From: Eledone cirrhosa
Taxonomy: Eukaryota
Assembly (NCBI GenBank): GCA_964016885.1
Contig: OZ024744.1
Location: 26,412,001 to 26,476,000, forward strand
Length of the DNA: 64,000 nucleotides
Reading direction: 5' to 3'
Shown: piece by piece, positions 28,411-44,348 of the stretch
Layout of the letters: each line of letters starts with the position of its first letter
How positions within the stretch are numbered: position 1 is the stretch's first letter
Translations under genes and position numbers: made by a program
Notes under the pieces: generated by a model
Database searches by the model: none
The model's input: the letters and a program-made list of their open reading frames with translations, nothing else
Told to the model about the DNA's origin: nothing

Positions 28411-28749
28411 TATAACTAATGTTTATGAAAAACATTTGAAAGAGTTTCGTTATGAATTTTTAGGGTTGTGAGCAACAACCTGTTGAAGCTCATCTGTATA
28501 CGTGGCGGTAGCTAGCTCGACTAATATTAAAAACCGATATACAATAAGTATATACATGTGAATAACGCTATGTTGGAGCACCAATGCTAATTTTCCCAGC
28601 TGCAGTTGTTTAACTAAGACAACCAAGGCCTAATGGTACCTGCCAACCATTTCAAGATGGGTACAGCTGTAGAAATACAATGAATCGCCCTTTAAATGAA
28701 AAAGTCTGTCAAAAACATTAATGTATTGATCTAATGTATAATAACCAAA

Positions 28750-29000
28750 TAATTGTTTCTACTTTTGGCACAAGGCCAGCAATTATCCCAAATAATGGTT
28801 ACTGGTTTAGGCATAAGGTCAGCAATTTGGGGAGAGGAAAAAGTTGATTCAATCGACCCCAGTACTTTAATTTATGGACCCTGTAAGGATGACAGGCAAA
28901 GCTAACCTCAGCGGAATTTCAACTCAGAATGTAAAGGGCAGTAACTCTATGCTGCAAAGCATGGTGTCCGATACTCTACCGATTCTGCAAATTCACCGCC
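28750..29000 (-). mobile_element. SINE family A copy plus fragment
   Basis: Reverse-complement match to 28219-28410. Confidence 0.7.
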
Positions 29001-29209
29001 AAAATAATATTGCATAGATATGTATGGAATTTACAGTTACCACATTCAGAACCAGACACACACAGCATTTCAACTCATTGATGGGAGAGCAAATCTCGTT
29101 CGTAACCAAAATACATGTGGTGTGGTTAACAACACATATTTGTGCGAAAGAATAAGTAGAAATCAAGATAGTTGCTATTTATGCATAACTTAAGACATCA
29201 AGTGTACCT

Positions 29210-29588
29210 CACTACAACCACTAAAACTATTACCACACCACCACCACAACAACAACAACAACCACCACCACTACTAACCACACCACAACAACAGTAACAT
29301 CTACATCATCTGCAACTACCACACCACCACAGCCATAACAACCACCACCATCACTACCACCACCACCACCATCACCACCATTAGCACCACCACCACCACC
29401 ACCACAACCACCACTATCACCACCACTATCACCACCACCACCACCACCACCACCACTATCACCACCACTAACACCACCACCACCACCACCACCACAACCA
29501 CCACTACCACCACCACCACCACCACCACTAGCACCACCACCACCACTAGCACCAACACCACCACCACCAACACCACCACCACCACCAA
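29210..29588. repeat. (CAC)n microsatellite
   Basis: Directly visible. Confidence 0.95.
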
Positions 29589-29939
29589 TCAATACTTTCA
29601 CTATAATTACAGAAAAAAGATGAAAGGCGAGACGTGAAAATAATGAGAGTCTGTAGATTTCTGTCCCTCTGTGTGTGTGTATGTTTGTGTGTGTGTCTGT
29701 GTGTGTGTGATTGTGCATGTGTGTGTGTGTGCATTTGTGTGTCTTTGCGTGTGTGTATGAGTATGTATGTGTGTGCGTATCTGTGTGTGTCTGTGTATAT
29801 GTCTGTGTGTGTGTATGTGTGTGTGTGGTAGAGTGATGTGTGTGTGTGTGTCTGAGTATGTGTGTGTATTTTATTCTTGAACCTGAATATGTATTGTCAA
29901 ACAAACACCACCATACACATTTATATATATGTATTTATT

Positions 29940-29974
<35 letters not shown>

Positions 29975-30482
29975 CGGCTGCAAACTACTAAGAGTATTGC
30001 AATCGCCTGTCAGATTGCAGAAATAGTGCTGTTTTAGGCTACGGCCAGCCACATGAACCTGTAACATATCCTGAGCAAGCGATGCCTGTGATATTAAGGT
30101 TTTTTTAAGTGGGGAAAGGCCTTGCACTCGACCAATCCCACTCTCTGAACATCGAAACACTACCCGAAAAGGAGAACTGGTCAATATCACAGGATGCTTC
30201 CGAAGCCGCAGATATTTTTCAGTTTCCCTCTCTTAGAAAGGTGTTGCGACAACAACTGGGGGCCTTTCACTCCTAGGTAAAAAAAAGAAGTACTATTTGG
30301 ATGGCCGTTGACTCTGCTGAGTTCCTCCGCCCTTTCCCGGGTCTTTTATTTCATCCCGCAGGGTGTCCAAATATCACCACCCTCACCAAGCAAGTTTGGT
30401 GGAGTTGCCGGTTTAGTCGCCGACGACCCGAACATCAGACTGGCAGGTAGTACTGGGATACATGTTACCAGTAGTACCTGAC

Positions 30483-30580
<98 letters not shown>

Positions 30581-30787
30581 GATAATACAAGGACGATTTG
30601 TTAAGTCTTCATTACAATTATTGATTGCTGACGCGTGTTTCGCTATTGACCAGCTCAAGGTTCGTGCTGTATCTATCTGGCGCGACTCTGGAATCAAAAG
30701 CTCGTCGGCTCTATGTTATATTAATGAAACAATGAATATCTAAGCATATAAATGCCTAACGCGTGTATATATATATATATATATATT

Positions 30788-30829
<42 letters not shown>

Positions 30830-30830
30830 A

Positions 30831-30920
<90 letters not shown>

Positions 30921-30944
30921 GAAAATAAGGAGCTGCATAGAAAT

Positions 30945-33189
30945 AAGGAGCTGCATAAAAATTATACAAAGACTACGCTAGATAATTTGAACCATTTCAA
31001 TAGTGAGGGTCTTAAAATAGTCTCGGATCTCGGCCTTGATAAGTATACCCAGCCGTATTACCCTAGAGAACCGAGATTCACTCTTAAGGATCATAATGTA
31101 GACTTCATTAGTAACCCCTCTGTTATACTCATCTGTCCTTCTAAGTCCGATATAGCCATAATCGGTAAAAAAATCCTTGACCTTATTATACCAGATGTTA
31201 GGGATAAAGTTAATTTTAACCTATGGGGGAACACTAACGAAGTTATAGATTGGTTCTCTGGGATTAATAAACTTGAATCTAATAAGTTTATCCAGTTCGA
31301 TATTGATGCCTACTACACATCGATTTCACCCATCCTCCTCAATAAACCCTTAATGTTGGCCATGAGAGTGTCCAGCCTTACACGATCACAGGTAGATATT
31401 ATACTAGCAGCCCGTAGAACTATCATTAATTTTGAGGACACATTTTGGACCCGTAAAAACACGCCCAACAATTTCGACGTTACAATGGGTTCGAGTGATT
31501 CGGCCCAGGTAACAGATCTTGTTGGGTTGTTCCTCCTAAATGAACTATATGTTACCTTTCCACACCTTAAAGGCGGACTATATCGTGATGATGCATTGTT
31601 TGTGATTAACTCTAGCACCAACAATGTCGAGCATAATAGGAAGAAGCTTTATAAGTTTTTTAAAAGCTATAACCTTTCGATCACGATAGATAGAAACGAT
31701 AGAGCGGTCAACTTTTTAGATGTGACTTTGGACTTGGTCACTAATAGTTTTAAACCCTTCCATAAGCCTAATGAAATACTTTCTTATGTTAGTCCCAATT
31801 CTAACCACCCCAAATCTATGATAAGCTCTATAATTAAGGGTGTATCTAATAGGATTTCTACACTCTCTAAGGACGTAGGAACATTTAATGAACATGCGGA
31901 GTACTATAATAATGCCCTAGCTAATTCCGGTTACTCTAGTAAAATACATTATAATAATAGTAACCTTAGAAAGTCTCCGCTTACTTATAATAATAATAAC
32001 ATAATATCCCATAACATGGCCATGAATGGGAGTAGGAAGCATAATAATCGTAGTAATTACATAGGTGTATCTGAACCCATCCATAAATTAACCCACCGGA
32101 CTCGTAATAGGGAATATAATACCTCTTGGAATCAAGTCGAACCCTCTGAGCGCTCACTCATTGGTGATGCTTTTGCTAGATCTAATTCTAATAATGTTGT
32201 TTCTACTGATCCTATTATTGGCCCTAACCCTTTTGATAGGATTCCAGACAGCAGCAGATATACTAAAGGTAGAAACGGAAAGAGACTTAATGGAATTTCG
32301 GCTGATTCTAATAATGCGGTTTTAACTAACCCCTGTAGTAACCCTAGTCTTAATAATGGGATATTGGATAATGGTAGGGTCGGAAAGGATAAAAATAGAA
32401 GGACACTAAATACTTATTTTAACCCGCCATATAATCAGGAAGTATTAACTAATATCCCTAGGTCTTTCTTTTCTATCTTAGAGAAAAATTTCCCCCTTCC
32501 CATAAATACCATAGTATTTTTAATAAAAATGTTATTAAACTTTCATTCTCTACCACCCTAATATTAGTTCTCATTTAGCTAGCACTAACAATAGGAAAAT
32601 TAGGGATGGATACTCCTCTCTACATACTACTAGTCTGAACAGATCTACAAATGCCTTACCACCAGAGCAGACCTTATCTAATAGTAATCCTACGTGTAAT
32701 GCATCACTACTTCAGCCAATCAATAGCACCCGGAAATGTAACTGTAGAGTGAGTGCTAACTGCCCTTTAAACGGTAACTGCCTCTCTAAGAACATCGTTT
32801 ATGCTTGCGTAGTTATAACTAATTCCTCTAATAGAACTTATATAGGCTCTACATCTAACACTTTTAAGACCAGGTTTAATTCTCATATCTCTAATTTCAA
32901 ACATGTTAAGTTTAAGAATTCTACTTCTTTAGCACACTATATTTGGGATCTTAAGGGGGCTAATATACCATATAGCCTTAATTGGCGTTTAGTAGCACGC
33001 TCTAATAACCTTTCTACACGTACTAAATTTTGTAATCTCTGTATCCTCGAGACACACTCTATAATTTTCTCTAGTGAATCCTTACTTAATAGAAAGTCTG
33101 AGATATTCTCTTCTTGCCCCCACGCTATTTCTAATTCTTACTTTTATTATAAACCTAAAGGTTCTAGTAGTGTAAATTGTATCCATTAG
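30945..33189 (+). pseudogene. PLE RT + GIY-YIG, 5'-truncated, frameshift in a C-run at ~32495
   Basis: FIQFDIDAYY, FDVTMGSSDSAQ, GLYRDD, VNFLD, SNHP, CNC..CPLNGNC, IVY..YIG, CNLC, LLNRKSE. C5 here versus C6 in the 60.8-kb copy. Confidence 0.92.
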
Positions 33190-34878
33190 CTGATATATTC
33201 CATTACTTATTTTTTTAGTTTAGGTTCTTTTTGTTTACCACCATTATTATCATCATTATTATCATTGGTTTTTGACAACTTTTTATTCTAGCTCTCATAA
33301 TCTTTTCGCTACTATACCATATCTATCTTCTTACACATTAAATTTTCACTATTAACACCTTATGAGTATATATCTGATTATATATTTTATATTATTTTAT
33401 TTCATTTTATTTTATTTTATTTGGATTCTTCTTTGGATAACGCCCCCCCCCCCATGCACACATAAACTTATTGCTAACCCCTTCAAATATATTATGATTA
33501 TATTTAATCCCACCTTTTTTATGCTCCTTTCTATTATATAATACAGTATATTGATTATGATTTTATTCTCCTTTGTAACCCTCATACATTTCTTTTTGTC
33601 TGTCCCTATTAGCCTACCATAATTCTGCTTAAGTCAGTTTTTTAGATATCGGTATGTAAATGATAGTAGAATATTTCATTCCTTTCTATATATATTTATA
33701 GTGAAATATTAATGTTTACGGATTTTGATCACTTAAACCATAGCTAATATTGTATTGCCTTATTAGGTATTTTAAATATTTTCAATATTAATTTATCAAA
33801 TAGGGTTTTCTAGTCATTTATCCGGGTTGTTTCCTAACTTTTTACTTAACTGCATGTGAGACCTAAGTATATACTTTTGTTTTTGTTTTTTGATTTCCGG
33901 TCGATTTTATTTATTTATTTATTAATACTACTGTGCATAGTATTTTCTGTCTGGGCCTTATTCACTCATTCACATATGTGTCTGTTTACCAACCTTGTAA
34001 TTATAAGTAATTATATATTATATGATGTTCATTATTTTATATTGAAGTTGTTATTCAACTCTTTGTAAATGTAATATTGATCTTTGTTACTTACCGATGA
34101 TTTTATGTACCATTATGATATGTTAAATTTGATATATCATGTAAGATGTTCATATATTTTTGTACCATCATAATTTTGGGTATTGTACAATTTATATTTT
34201 TTTTCTCACCTGCTCTCTAACTATATATGAATTGATTTGTTAACTTACATGCCATTATATATTATATATTATTATATTATTATTATGGTGTTATTGTGAC
34301 ATCTATATTGTTTGTGTAAATTAACCGGAGATTATCTATTATATTATATTATATTATATATTATATAATTATATAGTTTATTATATATTATATGTGTTAC
34401 TTTTAATCATTTCATTACTTCATGTTATACTGTATATTAGATATACGTATTATTTTTATTTTTATTCCTATTATGCTTATTTATATTTAAACTCTTAATA
34501 AGGTTTAATTTGTGCTGTTAATGATGGAAATGTGTATTGATGTATATGTATATGTGCGTACGTGTGCGTATATATATACATATGTATATTGTGCCTTTTA
34601 ATTTTAATTTTAATTTTAATATTGTTACAAGCATATTATATTATATTATATTGTATTACATATAGTACTATAATTCCCGCTCTATATAACCACCTTTGTT
34701 TAGCTCTAGTTTTTTGCTTTGGACTATATTTGTAATATGGTTCAAAATGTTATCCACCTCCTTAGTGATTTTTATATATTTTTACCCATAATCTTCCAAT
34801 ACTTTAGTGTATGTACACTCCATATTCTTCGGAGTTTTCGGCTTGTATTGGCCGATAGTGCTTCTTGTGGTTTTGATT

Positions 34879-34916
34879 GCCCTGATGAGTCCTTAATAGG
34901 ACGAAACATTGTTGGC
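34879..34916 (+). ncRNA. Minimal type I hammerhead ribozyme
   Basis: gcc-CTGATGA-gtcc/ttaata/ggac-GAAA-cattg-TT-ggc. Confidence 0.9.
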
Positions 34917-35063
34917 TAATAAAGACTTTTGATGTATTGAAGGCTTCTTTGTTTTATTTTCATAATTCTTCGGCTCTGTTTAATTACATTGAGCTATACC
35001 TTTTACTGTCATTTCTATAATACGAAGAGGGTGTTTAACTCCAACACGCTCCAGTATTTTAAT

Positions 35064-35158
<95 letters not shown>

Positions 35159-35309
35159 TACATATATATATATATATATGTATATAGTAATAATAATAAA
35201 TTTGAAGACTAAAATACAAAGAGGGCTCTATAATGATAAATATATATCAAAAATTTAAGATCCGTAGAGCAAATATTTATTAAAATAACAGATTAAATCT
35301 GTTATTTTA

Positions 35310-35361
<52 letters not shown>

Positions 35362-35367
<6 letters not shown>

Positions 35368-35995
35368 ATTATCGAGAATCGGAATTTCGGCCCACGAAAT
35401 AACGAAACACAATCTTCGAAATGTGTGGCAAAGGGCTCAATAGTGTGGATAAAACAGAGCTATAACTATCGTTTAAATACCAACACACGGAGACAATGCT
35501 TAAAATCACTCGCACAGCCGAAAAAAAACGACCAGGAAAATTCGGGTCAGATAAATAATAATATAAATGAATGAAAATTCTTTATCCGGACCCGCAATAA
35601 TGATGGCAAATTCCAGCTTTTTGGTTTCTGCGGTTCCTAAATCAGTTACCGTCAGCTTACATAAAAAATATTCGGCTTCTGGCAAAAAGATGAACGAGGA
35701 AAACCACTTTCTCAACAGGCATTTCGTTCGAATATACAGAAGAACACGTTACTAAATCCACGTGGGGTTTAGCAAGGGAGGGAATCCCTATATTAGGCGA
35801 ATGAATTCGGCAGTGTATATATTTGTAAAAATACAAAATATCACATATCGAATTAGAGTTCTCAACAGACGGGTTAAAATTAACATGAGCTATTCATCAG
35901 TCAATAAGATCAACTAAAAAATCAATAAAATTAACTGGTCAATAGCTAAAGACTGGAGATAAATACAAATAAATTATCGAGAATCGGAATTTCGG
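35362..35995. mobile_element. Non-coding ~605-nt unit with 29-bp terminal redundancy, fused to a PLE fragment
   Basis: AAATAAATTATCGAGAATCGGAATTTCGG at 35362 and 35967. Confidence 0.55.
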
Positions 35996-36002
35996 TTCTA
36001 CC

Positions 36003-36590
36003 TTCAATGAGTTAGGACTTAGGATAACAGTAGCTACCAACCTCTCTAGCGTAGGTTTCTTAGACATTAATTTAGACTTTCGCACACACACCTACAGACC
36101 CTTCCATAAGCTAAAGGAAAAACTCAATTACATTCACAAGGACTCATGCCACCCTCCCACTGTTTTTAGAAACTTCGTAAATAATATCAGTACTAGAATC
36201 TCAAACCTCTCCTCTAATAAGGGTATCTTTGACAGGCCGTCACCCTACTATAACACGGCGTTAGCTAACAGCGGCTTCTCGCAACCAATCACTTACTCTC
36301 CCACTAACAACAACAGCAATAAGAAAAGAAAGCGTAACAATAGACAAACTATCTGGTTCCCTCCTCCCTTCTCAACGTTAAAACCAATGTAGACAAAATA
36401 TTTCTAGCCCTCTTAGATAGACACTTTCCCATAGGTCCATCTTTAACCGACACAAAGTAAAACTAGGATACTCCTGCGCTAAGAACATGAAGGCCCACAT
36501 CACCAACAGCCCTAAGAGCAACACCCCACCAGGGTGCTCTGCCGTAAGTTCGAAGCTTGTCCCCTTCAACAACAATGCAACTCTGCCTCG
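36003..36590 (+). pseudogene. PLE RT thumb/linker fragment (absent from the ORF track)
   Basis: Own translation FNELGLRIT..VGFLDINLD..YRPFHK..DSCHPP..ISTRISNLSS..YYNTALANSGF..IWFPPPFS, then after frameshifts KLGYSC and CRKFEACPL. Confidence 0.85.
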
Positions 36591-36596
36591 TGCCTC

Positions 36597-37565
<969 letters not shown>

Positions 37566-37689
37566 TAGAATTTGATCAACAAGGTCCCAGACCTCATTCA
37601 CTAACTGAGTGTAACGGAACCAAGGAAATCATTTTACCATTGGTCTTTCCAATTGCCGATATAACCTATCGGTCGCATATTTCGTTAAC

Positions 37690-37797
37690 TGCAGTAATGT
37701 GAAATAAAGTGTCTTGCACAACGACTCAATGCACTGTCAGTTATGACACCTATGACCTTATTATAGTGAGGGCAACACTCTAACCACTAAGCCATTC
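37690..37797 (-). mobile_element. SINE family B-like fragment
   Basis: Minus strand TGGCTTAGTGGTTAG ... GCAAGACACTTTATTTCACATT. Confidence 0.6.
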
Positions 37798-38143
37798 ACT
37801 TTGACTATGAAGCCACTTATCTTCTGATAAAAGACTTCAATGTAATTATGTTTTTACCTGTTTATTTTCACATTGATGATTATAAAATATAAACAAAAAC
37901 GGTCTAGCTAGTTGTATATTAAATTTATTATAAATGTATGTTGAACATAAGTATTTATTTTATGTGTAGACATGTGTATGTATATATATATATGCCCTCA
38001 TGCATTCAATGTGTATGTATTTATAACAAATTGTGTATATACATGAGTATATATGAGTGTGTCTATGTGAGAGTAGCTAAAATGTATACGTATGCATATG
38101 TATGTCTGAAATAAACACAACAATATAAGCATGCAGGGTGTGT

Positions 38144-38190
<47 letters not shown>

Positions 38191-38197
38191 GTTTATA

Positions 38198-38263
<66 letters not shown>

Positions 38264-38705
38264 TGTGAGTGCGTGCATGTACATATATATATATATATAT
38301 ATATGTATACATACATGCATATTCATATGTGTAGGTGTATAGTTGTATGGATGCGGTTGTGAATTTGAATGAGACTGTCATACATTACTTCGAATTTGAG
38401 AGAGGATGTGTGTGTGTGTGTGTGTGTGTGCACGTGTATGGCCACGTGCGTGTGTATGAGGTGGTGCGTATATGTGTATGTGAATGGCGGGGGTGGACTC
38501 CATAATTTATTCATTTCCTGAAGAATAGATGATACAAATCCTGCCAGCACTCCATGCTATGGCAGACTCCATTGAAATAGTAATATTGTTATTGAAAAGT
38601 GGGAGGAGGAGGAGGAGACAGAGAGAGAGGAGAGAGACAAAGTGAAACAGAGATAGACGGGGATAGCAAACTGTTAAATAAACATATATATATATATATA
38701 TATAT

Positions 38706-38792
<87 letters not shown>

Positions 38793-38966
38793 AAGATGAC
38801 CAAAGCAGTGCCGTCGGGCTGGAAATATAGTTGTGGTGTTATAGGCTGTCCATTGGTGAGTTCATGGGAGTGGTATCTACATACATGTGTGTATATATAT
38901 ATATATATAAATATATATATATACATATACATATACATACACATACATATACATACATATACATAT

Positions 38967-39002
<36 letters not shown>

Positions 39003-39066
39003 ACATACATATACACACATACACATACATATACATATACACACATACACAATATATATACGTATA

Positions 39067-39127
<61 letters not shown>

Positions 39128-39129
<2 letters not shown>

Positions 39130-39923
39130 AATATGATAATAATGGAGCTGCGGCGCTGCAAATGGTTTACATATGAAAAAGTTTGTCCTCATCAGTGGCC
39201 ATCCAACCGTCGTAGGCATTTCGTCGCATTAGAAACCATATACCTCAGGTTGGTGCGAGCAACGGCTAAAAAAAAGTCGTTGGGACACGTAAATAAAGAG
39301 GACGCTATGGTAAACGAACAAAATGGTTTAAGCAGCAGAAAGTGATGAAAAAGGAAACAAGTCCCAGATTTCTATGAATATAAATTCGGTGAAATCGTGA
39401 ACGAGAGAATAAAGACCATCAAACCTGGTTGAAATGTGAGCAAGGAAGGAATTTCGCACAGGTCTAACGGGAGGATGAAGGGGTCTGGTCTGCGAATTCG
39501 GTAAACATGAGTTCTGTGAAGTCGCAGACGAGAGAGAGAGAGAGAGAAAAAAAATTCATACCGGCTTGGCCAAGTGCCCGCGAGAAAAGGAATACGGACA
39601 GGTCAAATGGGAAGAAAGGGCAGGAGGAGAGGTAGTGACAGAGAGTGAGTGAATGAAAGGTGAGGAAGAGGCTAACAGAGAGAGAGACTGCTAGAAAGGG
39701 TAAGGACACAAAGAACGAAACAGACTGGTGGCAGCAGAGGAAAAATATATGTGTAAGTATGATAATAATGGAGCTGCGGCGCTGCAAATGGGTTACATAT
39801 GAAAAAGTTTGTCCTCATCAGTGGCCATCCAACCGTCGTAGGCATTTCGTCGCATTAGAGGCCATATACCTCAGGTTGGTGCGAGCAACGGCTAAAAAAA
39901 AGTCGTTGGGACACGTAAATAAG
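39128..39923. repeat. Non-coding ~626-nt unit with ~165-bp terminal redundancy
   Basis: 39133-39296 repeated at 39759-39922. Directly abuts a GIY-YIG fragment. Confidence 0.8.
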
Positions 39924-40795
<872 letters not shown>

Positions 40796-40799
40796 ACAC

Positions 40800-40831
<32 letters not shown>

Positions 40832-40861
40832 ATATATATATATGTGTATGTTTGCAGTGTG

Positions 40862-40911
<50 letters not shown>

Positions 40912-40947
40912 AGTGTGCTATATATATATATGTATATGTCCAGTGTG

Positions 40948-40997
<50 letters not shown>

Positions 40998-41004
40998 AGT
41001 GTGC

Positions 41005-41085
<81 letters not shown>

Positions 41086-41086
<1 letters not shown>

Positions 41087-42360
41087 GAAGAGAGAAGGAA
41101 CATTTAGATATAATTAGTAATAAAATGTATCATACCTAAACTGCTCCTAGATTCCTCGACTATGTAGTTTCGTGGCATAAACAAAAACAGTACATCATAA
41201 AGATATAGAGCCCTTGCGAGGTCTGCCGACTTATCAAGAGGATACCTCATTTTACTAGCTTCAAGAACGCGTCTACACGACGTGAGAAAGAATCCCAAAA
41301 GGCGGAGGGGGAGATAGTCACGCGATATAACGGTCGAGAAACAGAGTTAACCCTCTTATAACCCCGAAGAAAATACCACGGAGGCGGAGGGGGTATTTAT
41401 ATCGAAGCCGCAGAAGAGGTGGTAAAGGAGGCGAGAAGTATGAGTAATGGCAGCTTTCCAGCAGTCACCACACTTCAAAGATTACTCGACCAGAGGGAGT
41501 TATGAACAATATATTTAGAAACACACAGATACATACGGACACACACATATACATGAATGTATCCACATCCAACCGTGAGTTTGGTGTCTTCGGAGCAATT
41601 ATTCAGTGATTTTTTACATACTTGACCTCCTTTTCAACACAAGAGACATATAGAAACATATGTATATATTGACCCACAGTGGATTGACATCCATTATAAT
41701 AATATAGCATGGCAATTTACGAACAAAGATTACAGTCATATTAAAGGACAAAATTAAAGTTAAAATTAAAATTTAAATTAAAATTAAAATAAAACATTGG
41801 CAATTTACGAAGATAAAGCAAGAGGAAAGTTTGAAGTAGCCAGTGTATGCAAGAGTCACACGCGCTGGCATGCACGCGTGTCCTATTTATACAAGATTAT
41901 AGTGCGGCAGATTGTTACATGTAAAAAAAGCAGTCAAAGCAGGCAATCAAGAGCATCATGGGGGCTGTACTGGTAAAGCATTTTTCACACACACCTGTAC
42001 GATATAGAAGCCCGTGTGTAGAGAAACACCAAAAATATCAAAAATATTACAAATGAGAAGCAAAACAGCACCACTGTTCTCGCACACACCACCAATCTCA
42101 CAATCCAGGAAACGCAATTTATAGACTACATGTCCATCACACAATGGATTGTGAGATTCGAAACCGATTCGGTAAAGGTAACCATAGTGAGTACAGTGAA
42201 GTTTTTTAAATTTATTTTGAAACTTTTTCTTATTTGCTAAACCTTGATGTTCTGGCTCGTTAATTTATTAACATGCCATTGAACCACATTGGCATATGGT
42301 TGGACAATACATGTGTCCCTAGACGCTTTTTGCGTGTAGGGATATAAACTTTATTATTAT
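41086..42360. mobile_element. Chimera of three HHR-repeat families
   Basis: 41086-41570 is the inverse of the 50777 family, 41565-42158 matches the 59093-59655 family, 42153-42360 matches the 44682 family. Confidence 0.8.
41154..41241 (-). ncRNA. Hammerhead ribozyme, U3:A8 variant
   Basis: cctc-TTGATAA-gtcggca...tgccac-GAAA-ctacatag-TC-gagg. Confidence 0.75.
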
Positions 42361-42410
42361 ATATATATATATTTCCAATGTACTATATACATATATATAT
42401 GTCCAGTGTG

Positions 42411-42457
<47 letters not shown>

Positions 42458-42497
42458 CAGTGTGCTATATATATATATATGCATATGTCCAGTGTGC

Positions 42498-42539
<42 letters not shown>

Positions 42540-42574
42540 CCGTGTGATATATATATATGTATATATCTAGTGTG

Positions 42575-42616
<42 letters not shown>

Positions 42617-43478
42617 TAACTACAAATTAATTAACATATAAATATACATGAATAATCACAGCCTGATAATTTTTGCTTGCGTGTAACCACGCATAGCTAG
42701 TATAGGTAATATTTACCTTTAAGAGTGATTAATCTTCCTTGTATATATCCCATTAAAGAAATATATTTCACCAATTAATCAGATGGTAAGTCACGGAAAG
42801 TGGATATTATTGGATTGTCAACAAGGAAAGTGTAATAATGTCCAGGCATCCGTCCTTACAGAGTGAGTTCAAATCTTCATCTAGCCGTTACCACGGGTTG
42901 TGTCTACACAAGATAGCGTTTCGTTTCAGTGGCGTGAATAGGTATTCGACAACTAGAAATAGCAGTCAAATTCTCTTCAACAGAAATAGCTCTACAATTA
43001 AGGAGCCGTATATATATATATCTAAATCCAAAATTAAGATAAAATAAATTAAATGAATTTAATCGAAATGGAAATTATGGGTGTCATGTCATAATTCATG
43101 CGCCATATATCCTGGAAATTAAGCTCAAATATAAATCCGAGCATATTATAATAACTAGAAATTGATTAACATAAATATACATGAATAATCACAGGAGATA
43201 ATTTTTGCTCGCGTGTAACCACGCATAGCTAGTATAGGTAGTATTTACCTTTAAGAGTGATTAACCTTCCTTGTATATATCCCATTAAAGAAATATATTT
43301 CACCAATTAATCAGATGGTAAGTCCCGGAAAGTGGATATTATTGGATTGTCAACAAGGAAAGTGTAATAATGTCCAGCTATCCGTCCTTACAGAATGAGT
43401 TCAAATCTTCATCTAGCCGTTACCACGTGTTGTGTCTACACAAGATAGCGGTTTCGTTTTACACGACATTATTACACT

Positions 43479-43571
43479 TTCCTTGTTGACAATCCAATAA
43501 TATCCACTTTCCGTGACTTACCATCTGATTATTGGTGAAATATATTTCTTTAATGGGATATATACAAGGAA
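43479..43571 (+). ncRNA. Hammerhead ribozyme, U3:A8 variant (UUGACAA)
   Basis: 7-bp stem I ttccttg/caaggaa, stem II ccaat/attgg, GAAA 43537, stem III tatatttc/gggatata, AUA triplet. Confidence 0.75.
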
Positions 43572-44009
43572 GGTTAATCACTCTTAAAGGTAAATATTAC
43601 CTATACTAACTATGCATGGTTACACGCGAGCAAAATTGTCTCCTGTGATTATTCATGTATATTTATATGTTAATCAATTTCAAGTTATTATAATATGCTC
43701 GGATTTATATTTGAGCTTAATTTCCAGGATATATGGCGCATGAATTATGACATGACACCCATAATTTCGATTTAGATTAAATTCATTTAATTTATTTCAT
43801 CTTAATTTTGGATTTAAATATATATATACAATTCCTTAATTGTAGAGCTATTTCTGTTGAAGAGAATTTGACTGCTATTTCTAGTTGTTGAATACCTATT
43901 CACGCCACTGAAACGAAACCGCTAGCTTGTGTAGACACAACACGTGGTAACGGCTAGATGAAGATTTGAACTCGTAGTGTGAGGACGGATAGCTGGACAT
44001 TATTACACT

Positions 44010-44103
44010 TTCCTTGTTGACAATCCAATAATATCCACTTTCCGTGACTTACCATCTGATTAATTGGTGAAATATATTTCTTTAATGGGATATATACAAG
44101 GAA
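44010..44103 (+). ncRNA. Hammerhead ribozyme, U3:A8 variant (second tandem copy)
   Basis: Same fold as 43479-43571. Confidence 0.75.
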
Positions 44104-44348
44104 GGTTAATCACTCTTAAAGGTAAATACTACCTATACTAGTTATGCGTGGTTACACGCAAGCAAAAATTATCAGGCTCTGATTATTCATGTATATTTAT
44201 ATGCTAATCAATTTCTAGTTAATATAATATGCTCGGATTTATCTTTGAGCTTAATTTCCAGGATATATGGCGCATGCATTATGACATGACACCCATAATT
44301 TCGATTTAGATTAAATTCATTTAATTTATTTTATCTTAATTTTGGATT

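Larger units (their letters stand above)
30918..35068 (+). mobile_element. 5'-truncated Penelope-like element with ~1.9-kb AT-rich 3' region
   Basis: RT+GIY-YIG, 3' HHR, (TA)n on both sides. Second copy at 60217-63510. Confidence 0.92.

Noticed and set aside
29973-30485. Possible RTE-type LINE 5' UTR or SINE on the minus strand
   Set aside because: Only a vague resemblance, single copy in the window, no motif I can demonstrate
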